Origin: Vicinamibacteraceae bacterium
GTDB taxonomy: Bacteria; Acidobacteriota; Thermoanaerobaculia; Multivoradales; Multivoraceae
Assembly: GCA_012270995.1 (NCBI GenBank)
Contig: JAAXHG010000122.1
Coordinates: forward strand, 8,841-72,840
Reading direction: 5' to 3'
Length of the DNA: 64,000 nucleotides
Notes under the pieces: generated by a model
Told to the model about the DNA's origin: nothing
The model's input: the letters and a program-made list of their open reading frames with translations, nothing else
The model's database searches: none
Translations under genes and position numbers: made by a program
In this document: positions 16,141-25,000 of the stretch, piece by piece
How the letters are laid out: each line of letters starts with the position of its first letter
Position numbering within the stretch: the first letter of the stretch is position 1

Positions 16141-18456
16141 CTAGCGGAGGATCAACTGCGGTCGCTCCGAGCGCGGCGCCAGAGCCTGTGCGATGACGCA
16201 GGCCGCATCGAGTCCCTGTGAGCGAAGATCGTCGACCAGGCGCCCGCTCCGCTCGGGTTCGACCGCCAGCACCAGGCCGCCCGCGGTCTGCGGGTCGAAG
16301 GCCAGTTCGAGCCGCGGTCCGGAGGGGGCCTGGCGTCTGACCGGCAACGGCAGGCGTGTGTTCTGTTCGTGGCTGGTGCTTCTCTCGCCACGCTCGAGCA
16401 GCTCCAGGGCGCCTGGCAGGGCGGGGACGGCGTCTGTATCGACCTCGATGTCGACGCCGCTGGCCTGGGCCATCTCGCCGACGTGGCCGGCCAGACCGAA
16501 GCCGCTGATGTCGGTTGCGGCCCGGGCGCCGGCGCGCCGGCCGGCCTCGAGCGCACCGCGGTTGCTGGTTTGCATCGAGGCGAAGGCGGCACGGAGCCAG
16601 CGACCAGGGCACAGGCCCATCCGGTCGGCGGCGAGCAGGACGCCGCAGCCGAGCGGCTTGGTCAGCACGAGCGCGTGGCCGGGCTCGACCGCGGCCTTGA
16701 GCAGCAGTTCGCGGCCGTTGCCCGCGACTCCCTCGACGTGGAAGCCGACGACGAGTTCCGGGCCGGTGTTCGTGTGGCCGCCGAGCAGGAGCACGTCCTC
16801 GGCGTCCAGTGCCGTGCGAGCGCCGGCGAGAACCTGGATCAACAGTTCTTCCGCCGCATCGCCCTCGGCGGCATGGGGCAGGGTGACCAGGGCCTGAGCG
16901 ACCCTGGGCGCGACGCCGGTGGCGTAGAGATCGGAACAGGCGTTGACCGCCGCGACCCGTCCCACGAGCCACGGGTCGTCGGTGAAGGCGGGGAACGCGT
17001 CGAGCGAGGCGACGACGCGGTCGCCCGCCGGCGTCCTGTACGCCACGGCGTCGTCGGGAGTCCCCACATCGAGGATGACCTCGGAGTTCCGGCCGGTCTT
17101 CGCCTGGAGATCCGCCCGCGCGAGCGCTCTTTCCAGGCGATCGGGCCCGACCTTGGCGGCGCAGCCACCGCAGAACATGGGTTCCGCGGCGGCCGCGCTC
17201 GCGGGGCCCATCCCGCCTGCGGCATCGTCGCTGCCGTCCGAGTCGCCCGTTCCGGCGAGCCAGGGACGGGACGCCCCGGAGGCGTCGAGTGCCTGGAAGC
17301 GCTCCATGAACTGGCGATCGATCCGGTCCTTCAACCGCATGACCCACCTGCCCTCGAAGGCGCGGCCCCACTTGGCGCCGACGGCGGTTCCGTCGCCGAG
17401 GTTGAGGAGCGACAGAAAGTCGCTCTGCGGCTTGTAGCGACGGAGCCGTCGTCCGCCGAGCAGGCGATCGAGGTTGTCGATGAGATAGGGCCCCATGCGC
17501 ACCGCGTAGACCCCCGCCCGGGCGCGCTGCGGGTATTCCGTCAGGGTCGCGCAGTCGCCGACGGCGAAGATGTGGTCGTGCCCCTCGACTTGCAGCGTCG
17601 ATCGCGTGCGCACGAAACCACCGTCGTCGAGCGGCAGATCCGAGTCGCCGAACATCGGCAGCGCGGCGGCCCCGGCGACCCAGAACGTCAGGTCGGCGTC
17701 GAGACGTCCGCCGCCTTCCAGGCAGACCGAGTCCGCCTCGACCGCGACCACCCTGGCGCCGAGGATGGTCTCGATGCCGCGCCTGCGGGCAGCGGCTTCG
17801 ATCCGGCTCGAGAGAGACGGGTGATAGCCGGGCAGGATGCCGTCGCCCGCTTCGACGATGGTCGTCGCCGGTTCGAGTCCGCGGTTTCTGAGTCGAGCGT
17901 CGATGCAGAAGGCCAACTCGATCCCGCCGGCGCCGCTGCCGACGACGACCACGTTCGGACGATCACTCGTCAGGGATTCCGCCCGCCCCTCGACCACCGC
18001 CGCCAGGCGGTTGATCGGGCGGGTTGGAACCGTGTGCTCGCGGACGCCGGGAAGGTCGAGGGCGGCCACGGTGGAGCCCACGTCGAAGGAGGCCAGGTCG
18101 AAGGAGAGCGCTTCGCGGCCCTTGATGAGCAGCCGGCGGGCGGCCGCTTCGACCCCGGTGCATGGAGCGAGAATCACCCGGACGCCTGCCCTGCGCGCCA
18201 GCGGCACGGCGTCGATCTCCAGTTCGTGACGCTCGTACTGGCCGGCTACGAGCCCCGGCGCCATCCCGGAGTAGACGGCAATGGGCGTGTCGACGACCAG
18301 TGTGGCGTCGATGGCGGGGTTGGGTTCCATGATCCAGTGTCGCAGCAACTGGACATGTGTATGGCCGGCGCCCACGAGGACCACTCGCGTGGCCGCATGG
18401 GACGCAGAACCTGGCGTGCCGGGACCCCGATCCCGGTTGAGCGCTGTGGTCGTCAC
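16141..18456 (-). CDS. selD: Bifunctional FAD-dependent pyridine-nucleotide-disulfide oxidoreductase / selenide, water dikinase
   Basis: The start was moved to GTG 18456, 27 nt after the upstream stop. The N-terminal half carries 'VVLVGAGHTHVQLL' and 'VVVVGSGAGGIELA' (two dinucleotide folds) and 'FAVGDCA'. The C-terminal half is SelD: 'FCGGCAAKVGP' (Cys..Lys active-site loop), 'AVNACSDLYATG' and 'TDISGFGLAGH'. Confidence 0.8.
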   Translation of the reverse strand: MTTTALNRDRGPGTPGSASHAATRVVLVGAGHTHVQLLRHWIMEPNPAIDATLVVDTPIAVYSGMAPGLVAGQYERHELEIDAVPLARRAGVRVILAPCTGVEAAARRLLIKGREALSFDLASFDVGSTVAALDLPGVREHTVPTRPINRLAAVVEGRAESLTSDRPNVVVVGSGAGGIELAFCIDARLRNRGLEPATTIVEAGDGILPGYHPSLSSRIEAAARRRGIETILGARVVAVEADSVCLEGGGRLDADLTFWVAGAAALPMFGDSDLPLDDGGFVRTRSTLQVEGHDHIFAVGDCATLTEYPQRARAGVYAVRMGPYLIDNLDRLLGGRRLRRYKPQSDFLSLLNLGDGTAVGAKWGRAFEGRWVMRLKDRIDRQFMERFQALDASGASRPWLAGTGDSDGSDDAAGGMGPASAAAAEPMFCGGCAAKVGPDRLERALARADLQAKTGRNSEVILDVGTPDDAVAYRTPAGDRVVASLDAFPAFTDDPWLVGRVAAVNACSDLYATGVAPRVAQALVTLPHAAEGDAAEELLIQVLAGARTALDAEDVLLLGGHTNTGPELVVGFHVEGVAGNGRELLLKAAVEPGHALVLTKPLGCGVLLAADRMGLCPGRWLRAAFASMQTSNRGALEAGRRAGARAATDISGFGLAGHVGEMAQASGVDIEVDTDAVPALPGALELLERGERSTSHEQNTRLPLPVRRQAPSGPRLELAFDPQTAGGLVLAVEPERSGRLVDDLRSQGLDAACVIAQALAPRSERPQLILR

Positions 18457-18482
18457 GTCATGGCGGCGGAACGGTCGTGGAT

Positions 18483-19709
18483 CTAGGACCTGTCGCCGAC
18501 GTCGCCTTCGGCTCCGCGAACGGCGCCGGAGGTTCGAAGGGCCGCGATCCGGTCGGGGGCGTAACCCAGTTCGGCGAGGACTTCGTCCGTGTGTTGGCCC
18601 AGCGCCGGCGCCGGCCGCCTGATCGACGCCGGGGAACGGGAGAAGCGCCAGGGCACGCCCGCCATTCGCAGGTTGCCGAGCTGCGGGTGCCGGACGACCT
18701 GGCTCATCGCCATCGCCTCGACCTGGGGATCGTCGAAGAACTCGTCGGCCGAACGGACGGCGGCGCATGGAACGCCCACCGCGACGAGGTCGGCTTCCAG
18801 CTCGTGGGCCGGCCGCGAGGCAACGATCGGGTCGATCTCCGCGCTGAGTTCCCTGGCCTGGGTGACGCGCTGGGGGTTCGTCGCGTAGCGGGGGTCACCC
18901 GCCAGATCATCGCGGCCGATCGCTTCGCAGAACAGCTTCCAGAACTTGTCCGTGCCGGCGGCGATGAAGATGGGGCCATCGGCGGCGGCGAACATCCGGT
19001 AGGGGAAGATGCCGGGCGGCCCGGTGATCTCGGCCTCGAGCGGCTGGAGGTAGGACTGTGCCTGGGCGGTCATGATCGCCTGCAGCAGGGACGTCTCGAT
19101 CCACTGGCCGTCGCCGGTGCGCTCGCGGTGGAGGAGGGCGGCGTTGATCGAGCAGACCGTGAGAACGGCGGCCATGTAGTCGGAAACCGCCACCGGACAG
19201 ATCGCCGCGACGCCGTTCATGAGCTGCTGCAGGTGCGCCGCGCCGGCCATCGACTGGAGCACCGGGTCGTAGCCGGGTCGCTGTGCGTACGGTCCGCTAC
19301 CGCCGAAGGCGCTCGACGAGGCGTAGATGAGCCCGGGGTTGTGGCGGCTGAGGGTGTCGTAGTCGATGCCCAGCCTGGCGGCCACTCCGGGCCGGAAGTT
19401 CTCCATCGCCACGTCGGCGTCCCGGGCGAGGTCGTAGACGACCTGCCGCCCCTCCTCGGTCTTCAGGTTGACGGCGATGCCACGCTTGTTCCGGTTCCAC
19501 GCCTGGAACATCCGGCTCTCGCTGCCGATGAAGGGGCCCCAGTGGCGGGCATTGTCGCCGCCTGGCGACTCGATCTTCAGGACATCGGCGCCCATGTCGC
19601 CGAGCAGCATGGCGCCGTAGGAGCCGGCGATAAAGCTGGTGAAGTCGAGAACGCGAATGCCGTGCAGCGGGCCGTGGGGGCGCGGCTCCGGCATGGACCC
19701 GTCAGGCAT
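18483..19709 (-). CDS. CaiB/BaiF family III CoA-transferase
   Basis: 408 aa. 'LHGIRVLDFTSFIAGSYGAMLLGDMGADVLKIESPGGD' is the hallmark N-terminus of the family. Confidence 0.85.
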   Translation of the reverse strand: MPDGSMPEPRPHGPLHGIRVLDFTSFIAGSYGAMLLGDMGADVLKIESPGGDNARHWGPFIGSESRMFQAWNRNKRGIAVNLKTEEGRQVVYDLARDADVAMENFRPGVAARLGIDYDTLSRHNPGLIYASSSAFGGSGPYAQRPGYDPVLQSMAGAAHLQQLMNGVAAICPVAVSDYMAAVLTVCSINAALLHRERTGDGQWIETSLLQAIMTAQAQSYLQPLEAEITGPPGIFPYRMFAAADGPIFIAAGTDKFWKLFCEAIGRDDLAGDPRYATNPQRVTQARELSAEIDPIVASRPAHELEADLVAVGVPCAAVRSADEFFDDPQVEAMAMSQVVRHPQLGNLRMAGVPWRFSRSPASIRRPAPALGQHTDEVLAELGYAPDRIAALRTSGAVRGAEGDVGDRS

Positions 19710-19722
19710 TCGGCGATCTTAG

Positions 19723-21516
19723 CTACTCCACCAGCTCGACGTTGTCGATCTCGAGCCAGAAGGCGCCGAGATCGGCGGGACCGCCGATGAAGAACGCCCA
19801 GGCGCCCGAGGGGTCGAGACCACGGAACGACGACAGCGGGATCTCGACCCGGCCCCATTCCTCCCCGGCCTCGAAGGAGGCAGCCGCCGGCCGCATTCCC
19901 AGGCTTTCGGCGAACGCCATCGCCTGGTAGGTCGCGCTCTCTCCGCGCGCGTCGAAGGCCAGGGCGCGCATGGCGCCGGCGTCGACCGGTTCGTTGAACT
20001 GGGAACCGAGCAGGACCATGACCCCGGACCACGGGAACGCGAAGCCCTCCTTGATCTCGCCCTCGATCCGCAGCGCGTTGCCGCCCTCGTCGCGGGGCGC
20101 CGCGGCGCTCGTCACGGTCGACTTGCCGCCGGCAATGGCGTCGGTCGAGTGCGACCACTTCGGGGGCAGGTTGCCTGCGCCCAGCTCCTCGAAGTCAGTC
20201 AGCAGCGTCGGTTCGAGGCGGGGCCGGCCGGTAACGGGTTCGGCGATCCTGCGCTCGAAGCGGGTCCCGTCCTTCCAGATCGCCGCGATGTCGCGGGTGG
20301 CGCGCACGGCCTGGGTCGCGTCGCCGCGAACCAGGATCAGGTCGGCCTTGAGGCCGGCCTCGATCCGGCCGCGGTCGCCGAGGCCGAACGCGTCGACGGG
20401 CGCGGCGGTGGCCGCCCGCAGGGCCTCGACCGGCGTCAGGCCGGCGCGGACCAGCAGTTCGAGTTCCCTGTGGATGCTCGCACCGTGGGTCGTTCCGGGA
20501 TTCGGTGCGTCCGAGCCGGCCAGGAGCGGCACTCCGGCGGCGTGCAGCGAGCCGACGTCGGCCAGGATGTTCGCCATCAACTCGGGGTCCGGTTCCCGGC
20601 CGAAGTCCTGGCCCAGACCGCCTCGCTGCTCGGGTGTGAGGAAGGGTGCGACCAGCGGATCCGCTGCCAGCTCCGGGCCGCCCCCGGTGGCCGCGATCGT
20701 TTCGAGCACCGCGAGCGTGGGGACGACGAAGATCCCCGCCCTCTTGGCCGCCTCGACGATCGCCGCGCCTCGGGCGCCCTCGAAGTAGATGTGGACCAGG
20801 CCGTCGGCGCCGGCGGCGATGACCTCCCAGGCCGCTTCCGCCGTGCTGATGTGGAAGACGGCGAGCCGGTCGTGACTGTGCGCGGCGGCCACGATCCGGG
20901 GCAGGGTCGAGGGCGCGAAGGTGGAAAGCGGGCGTCCGGCGGATCCGGCTTCGTAGATCACCTTGATGAAGTCGGCGCCCGCCGCCACCCGGTCGGCGAT
21001 GAAGGCCTCGGTCTGCTGCGGGTCGTCCAGGGTAGGCAGCGCGATGCCGAACTGCGTGCCGTGCCCGCCCGCGACGGTGACGGGGCCGCCGGCAAGGACG
21101 TCGGCCCGGTCGGGAACCGCTCCCGCCGCCTGCTGCCGTCGCCACTGCGCCGCCATGGCCTCCGCGGTGAGCATGTCCAGAACGGTCGTGACGCCGAAGT
21201 TCAGCGCCTGCTCCAGCGCCGGCCCGAAGTTGTGCGTATGGCTGTCGATCAGCCCCGGCAGCAGGGTCAACCCGGCGCCGTCGACGACCTCCGCTTCCGT
21301 GCCGGCGGCCGCTGGAATGTGGGTGCCCGGCGTGACCGACTCGATCGTGCGGCCACGGATCACGACGGTGGCGATGTCGAGCACCTCGTCGCCGGTGAAC
21401 ACGCGGGCGCCCTGGATCACGGTGGCGGGGGGCTGCGCGTGGAGCCCGGTGCCGAGGCCGACCAGGCAGGTAATCAGAAGAGCGGCTCGGCCGACGCATT
21501 TCGAAGGCACGTTCAT
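19723..21516 (-). CDS. Secreted amidohydrolase with a C-terminal CIA30-like/carbohydrate-binding-like domain
   Basis: 597 aa with a signal peptide and the metal-binding motif 'GLIDSHTH'. The ~170-aa C-terminal beta-rich domain ('ALRIEGEIKEGFAFPWSGV..FWLEIDNVELVE') resembles CIA30. Confidence 0.75.
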   Translation of the reverse strand: MNVPSKCVGRAALLITCLVGLGTGLHAQPPATVIQGARVFTGDEVLDIATVVIRGRTIESVTPGTHIPAAAGTEAEVVDGAGLTLLPGLIDSHTHNFGPALEQALNFGVTTVLDMLTAEAMAAQWRRQQAAGAVPDRADVLAGGPVTVAGGHGTQFGIALPTLDDPQQTEAFIADRVAAGADFIKVIYEAGSAGRPLSTFAPSTLPRIVAAAHSHDRLAVFHISTAEAAWEVIAAGADGLVHIYFEGARGAAIVEAAKRAGIFVVPTLAVLETIAATGGGPELAADPLVAPFLTPEQRGGLGQDFGREPDPELMANILADVGSLHAAGVPLLAGSDAPNPGTTHGASIHRELELLVRAGLTPVEALRAATAAPVDAFGLGDRGRIEAGLKADLILVRGDATQAVRATRDIAAIWKDGTRFERRIAEPVTGRPRLEPTLLTDFEELGAGNLPPKWSHSTDAIAGGKSTVTSAAAPRDEGGNALRIEGEIKEGFAFPWSGVMVLLGSQFNEPVDAGAMRALAFDARGESATYQAMAFAESLGMRPAAASFEAGEEWGRVEIPLSSFRGLDPSGAWAFFIGGPADLGAFWLEIDNVELVE

Positions 21517-21638
21517 CGCGGTGTCCTCCCGGGTCGGTCGTATGCTAGCGATCGCCTGCGGCAGGCAGACGCCTCATGGCCAGGACTGGCAGCGGCGGGC
21601 CCGCTAGCCGGAAACAGCGCGGACGAAGGAGAGAACAC

Positions 21639-21854
21639 TTGAAGATCAAACTGGACATCGACTGCACGCCCGAGGAGGCGCGCGCCTTTCTCGGTCTTCC
21701 CGACGTGGCGGGGATTCAGAACGAGATGCTGGAGCGGTTCCGTGATCGAATGACCGCCAACCTGAAGTACGCCGACCCCCAGGAGATGTTCAAGCTGTGG
21801 TTCCCGGGTCTGGCGCCGCGCCGCGGAGCCGACGCAGACGCCGAGGGGAGCTGA
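21639..21854 (+). CDS. Small conserved hypothetical protein
   Basis: TTG start at 21639, preceded by AAGGAGAG. The 71-aa product reads 'LKIKLDIDCTPEEARAFLGLPDVAGIQNEMLERFRDRM..'. I recall similar small proteins near storage-lipid/PHA genes but cannot name the family with confidence. Confidence 0.45.
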   Translation: MKIKLDIDCTPEEARAFLGLPDVAGIQNEMLERFRDRMTANLKYADPQEMFKLWFPGLAPRRGADADAEGS

Positions 21855-21863
21855 TCGGTCGGC

Positions 21864-22433
21864 TTACGCCCCGACCCCGGCCTCGAGCCCCGTCACGTCG
21901 TAGGACATCAGGATCAGGTCGTGGGTCGCGTCGTTGAGGTCGATCACCCAATCCGCGAGCAGGGCTTCGATCGAGAAGCCCAGCTTGTGGAACATCTGGC
22001 GGGCGCCGCGCTGCTCGCGGGCCATCTGGGCCACGATCTTGGTCAGTCCGATCTGCTGGGCGAGTTGGAAGACGTCGTGCGCCAGGTGGCCTCCGAGACC
22101 GGCCTGCCGGACCTCCGGCAGGACCATGATCCGGATCTCGCCCAGGTGTCGCATCCACGAGGATTCGCGGCGGTTCAGGCTGCCGTAGCCCACGAGCCGG
22201 CCGTCAACGTGGGCCAGAACAGCGATCCGGAGTCCCGTGATCACGCCCTCGATCCAGTGGTCGACGACCTTCGGATCCGTGAGGTCGACGCGGAGAAACC
22301 GGAGGTCCTCCTTCGGAAGGGCGCGGGCGAAGGCAAGCATGTCGTCGCGGTCATCCTGACCCAGGAGCCTGAACTCGAAGGACTTGCCCTTCAGGCGGAC
22401 GGTTCGGGGGTAGTCGTTGGCCATGTCGTTCAC
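21864..22433 (-). CDS. GNAT family N-acetyltransferase
   Basis: 189 aa with a GNAT core ('IMVLPEVRQAGLGGHLAHDVFQLAQQIGLTKIVAQM..ARQMFHKLGF'). Its ATG overlaps the upstream stop (22430-22433). Confidence 0.75.
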   Translation of the reverse strand: MNDMANDYPRTVRLKGKSFEFRLLGQDDRDDMLAFARALPKEDLRFLRVDLTDPKVVDHWIEGVITGLRIAVLAHVDGRLVGYGSLNRRESSWMRHLGEIRIMVLPEVRQAGLGGHLAHDVFQLAQQIGLTKIVAQMAREQRGARQMFHKLGFSIEALLADWVIDLNDATHDLILMSYDVTGLEAGVGA

Positions 22434-22762
22434 TCAGCTGCCTCCGTGTCGACGGCAGGATCCTCTGCCGGGGAGCCGTCGGCGAGCCGATCGAGGTAGG
22501 TGGTGATGGCCGCGAAGGAGCCGTCCACCGTGTTCTTGAACTGCCGTTGACCGTCCGCGGCGGCGTCACGCCAGGTCTGCATCAGGACGCGGGCTTCATC
22601 GGGCAGGTTCGGGACCTGGTCGATCATCCGGTCCGCGAGTTCGAGTTGCCGTTCCTGCAGCGCAACGATCGCGTTGTAACCGTTCTCGAACGCCGCCTTC
22701 TGGAACTCCAGCACCTGCTTCTGGTAGTCGAGAACCTGCTTGGGAGTCGTTGGTCTGTTCAT
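22430..22762 (-). CDS. Small helical protein, phasin-like (tentative)
   Basis: 110 aa, predicted all-helical ('QVLDYQKQVLEFQKAAFENGYNAIVALQERQLELADRM'). It lies directly after the WS/DGAT-like gene (stop/start adjacent at 22762/22763). The function is inferred from context only. Confidence 0.35.
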   Translation of the reverse strand: MNRPTTPKQVLDYQKQVLEFQKAAFENGYNAIVALQERQLELADRMIDQVPNLPDEARVLMQTWRDAAADGQRQFKNTVDGSFAAITTYLDRLADGSPAEDPAVDTEAAE

Positions 22763-24178
22763 CTAGGTCTCCAAGGTCTGATCTGCGTGCGGTCGTGGCG
22801 CCAGTGGGGAGTCGCGGACCGGCCGGCGGGGAGAGCTGCCGGCTGCTTCGCGGAGTTCGCTGAGCGACTCTGCGAGCAGGTCCGGCAGTGCGTCGCCGTC
22901 CGGACAGGCTCCCTCATCGACCGTGAGACCGACGTGCAGCAGTTGGTTGTAGGCGAAGAACGCGCAGGATAGCCCCTGGCCGAAGCCGACGGGCCAGGAC
23001 GGCGTGTAGCCGATGACCGTTCGGCCGGCCAGGAACGTGGGGATCTGGGGGCCGGTCGCGTTGGCCACGGCGAGGTGGAAGGACGGCCGGATCCGGGAGG
23101 TCATTGCCGCGGCGGCCGCGGTCAGACGACCGCCTCGCTGCGGCACGCGGGAAAGGCGCGCGAGAACGTCCGGGACGTGAGCCGCTCGCAGCAGGCGGGC
23201 GAGCTGATGCACGGACCGAAACCGGTGCGCGGCGTTCAGGCCGAGCGGGACTTCGATCGGGAGGAGGCTGCGCCGCTTGCCGCCGCGACCGGGCACGTCC
23301 GTGGCAAGGGCGATCCGCAAGTTGCGGCCCTTGACCGGCACGCCGCGACCGGTCAGGTAGCGTTCGAGTGCGCCGCCGACCATGGCCAAGACGACATCCG
23401 AGAGAGCGCCCCCGAGCCGGCTGCGGATCGTGCGGATGTCGGCGTAGGAGAATTCGTGTCGGATCAGGCGCCGACGCCCTTTTCCAGGCCGGTTGAAGGG
23501 CAAGGGCGGCGGGGGCAGCGCCGCGTCGGGCATCGTTTCGTTCAGGGTCAACAGGGCGGTGCGTACATCTTCGGACGCGAGGTGCATCGCGCCGCCCACC
23601 AGATCCTGTCCGGCGCCGGTCCAGTCCTCGATCCGTTCGGCCAGCCGCCTGCCGGAACAGTTCTCGGGTCGCCGGGCGCCGAGGAGGGGGCCGACAGCGA
23701 TGAGCGGCTCCGACGGATCGTCTCGACTGTTCCTGACGCGGGTGTCGAAGAGGACGTCGAACAGAGCGCTCGTGCCCAGGCCGTCCACCGCGGCGAGGTG
23801 CGTCTTGACGAGAAGCGCGTCGCCATAGTCGTGGTGCTTGGGCAGCAGGTGAACCTCCCAGAGCGGCCGCGAAGGGTCGAGAGGCTTCGTCAGCGCATCG
23901 CCTAGCGCCGCGACCCGGTCGCCGTCGCCCGCAACGTGAACGTGTTGCTCCGGATCGAAGCGCGCCGCGCGCCAGCGCGGGGCCCCGAACGGCGCGGTCT
24001 CCACCCGAAGTCCGAACCGCGGCAGCCTGCCGAGGCGCCCGACCTGGCGCAGGAGCTCTCTGTGCCCGATGCTGCCTTCGATCCGCGCCAGACCGGCGAT
24101 GTGCAGGCCGGGGTTTCGGCGTTCCAGGTTCCAGAGGAATGCCCGGTCGGCGGCGAGCAGTTCGTTGGCGGTCGTCAT
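22763..24178 (-). CDS. WS/DGAT-family acyltransferase paralogue with a degenerate active-site motif
   Basis: 471 aa and colinear with the canonical paralogue at 25001-26488 ('RPLWEVHLL..ALLVKTHLAAVDGLG'). The HHxxxDG motif reads THLAAVDG (23780-23803). Confidence 0.75.
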   Translation of the reverse strand: MTTANELLAADRAFLWNLERRNPGLHIAGLARIEGSIGHRELLRQVGRLGRLPRFGLRVETAPFGAPRWRAARFDPEQHVHVAGDGDRVAALGDALTKPLDPSRPLWEVHLLPKHHDYGDALLVKTHLAAVDGLGTSALFDVLFDTRVRNSRDDPSEPLIAVGPLLGARRPENCSGRRLAERIEDWTGAGQDLVGGAMHLASEDVRTALLTLNETMPDAALPPPPLPFNRPGKGRRRLIRHEFSYADIRTIRSRLGGALSDVVLAMVGGALERYLTGRGVPVKGRNLRIALATDVPGRGGKRRSLLPIEVPLGLNAAHRFRSVHQLARLLRAAHVPDVLARLSRVPQRGGRLTAAAAAMTSRIRPSFHLAVANATGPQIPTFLAGRTVIGYTPSWPVGFGQGLSCAFFAYNQLLHVGLTVDEGACPDGDALPDLLAESLSELREAAGSSPRRPVRDSPLAPRPHADQTLET

Positions 24179-24984
24179 GGCGCCTGTTCGTCCGGCGCGG
24201 GATGGCGGCTCAGGAAGCGTGCCAGGTGGCGGTACGCCAGCGGGTTGGCGGCGAGTCCGCAGTGGGTTCCGGGAACCTCCGCGTTCTTGGTGGGATCGTA
24301 GAGGCGCGTGTAGCGCCAGGCGACGACGCCGTCACGGCGCGTGTAGATTGCGAGTTGTGGAATCTCCTCCGGGAAGACACCCTGAACCGCCCGCACGATG
24401 TCGCACCGGCAGTCGCCCGAGAAACAGCGGGGATCGCGGCAGTCGTCCCGTTCGACGGCACGCCGGTGAACGACCTCCGCCAGCCGCATGACCAGCGGGT
24501 GCGAGCGGACTCCTCTGATCGGGGTTCCCATCGTGGTGACCGAGGCGACCAGGTCGGTCCGCAGACAGGCGACGCTCCGGGCGAGCACGCCTCCCAGGCT
24601 GTGGCCGATGACGTGTACGCGGCGGCCGGTCCGTGCGGCGGCGGCTTCAAGCGTCGCCGTCAATCGATGCCCAAGCCGCTCCAGGCAATCCGCGTTGTGT
24701 CCGATGTCCGAGCGATAGGGCCGGTAGCCGATGCGTCCGAGCCAGCGCCGCATCGGCGCCAGGTAACCGTCGGTGCCGGTGAAGCCCGGTACGACGACGA
24801 CCGCCGCGCCGTCGCCGCGCGGTACGCCGAAGCCATGGTAGGTCGGCGTCATCGGAAGCAGCGAGAACTCCGCGATGGCGAAGCCCTCGAGCCACAGCGG
24901 CACGGCGGCCGGCACGGTGTCCCGCAGCAGGCGCGGGTTGGCGCTCCAGATCGGGTTGGTCGGGCGGCGCTGGGACGATGTCAC
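24175..24984 (-). CDS. Alpha/beta hydrolase (lipase/esterase-like)
   Basis: The nucleophile elbow is 'VIGHSLGG'. The start is probably GTG 24984, 16 nt after the upstream stop; ATG 24852 is the alternative. Its stop overlaps the next ATG (24175-24178). Confidence 0.7.
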   Translation of the reverse strand: MTSSQRRPTNPIWSANPRLLRDTVPAAVPLWLEGFAIAEFSLLPMTPTYHGFGVPRGDGAAVVVVPGFTGTDGYLAPMRRWLGRIGYRPYRSDIGHNADCLERLGHRLTATLEAAAARTGRRVHVIGHSLGGVLARSVACLRTDLVASVTTMGTPIRGVRSHPLVMRLAEVVHRRAVERDDCRDPRCFSGDCRCDIVRAVQGVFPEEIPQLAIYTRRDGVVAWRYTRLYDPTKNAEVPGTHCGLAANPLAYRHLARFLSRHPAPDEQAP

Positions 24985-25000
24985 CGGACGTTTCCCCGCA

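Noticed and set aside
16079-17371. N-terminal extensions of real genes suggested by the ORF track. These are 15005-17371, 5706-8678, 16141-18768, 42772-44946, 53192-53860, 57022-58503 and 33496-35079.
   Set aside because: The extended parts are low-complexity Arg/Pro/Gly sequence that overlaps neighbouring genes. Internal starts (ATG or GTG with plausible SD, or abutting the upstream stop) give products that begin where family similarity or a signal peptide begins.
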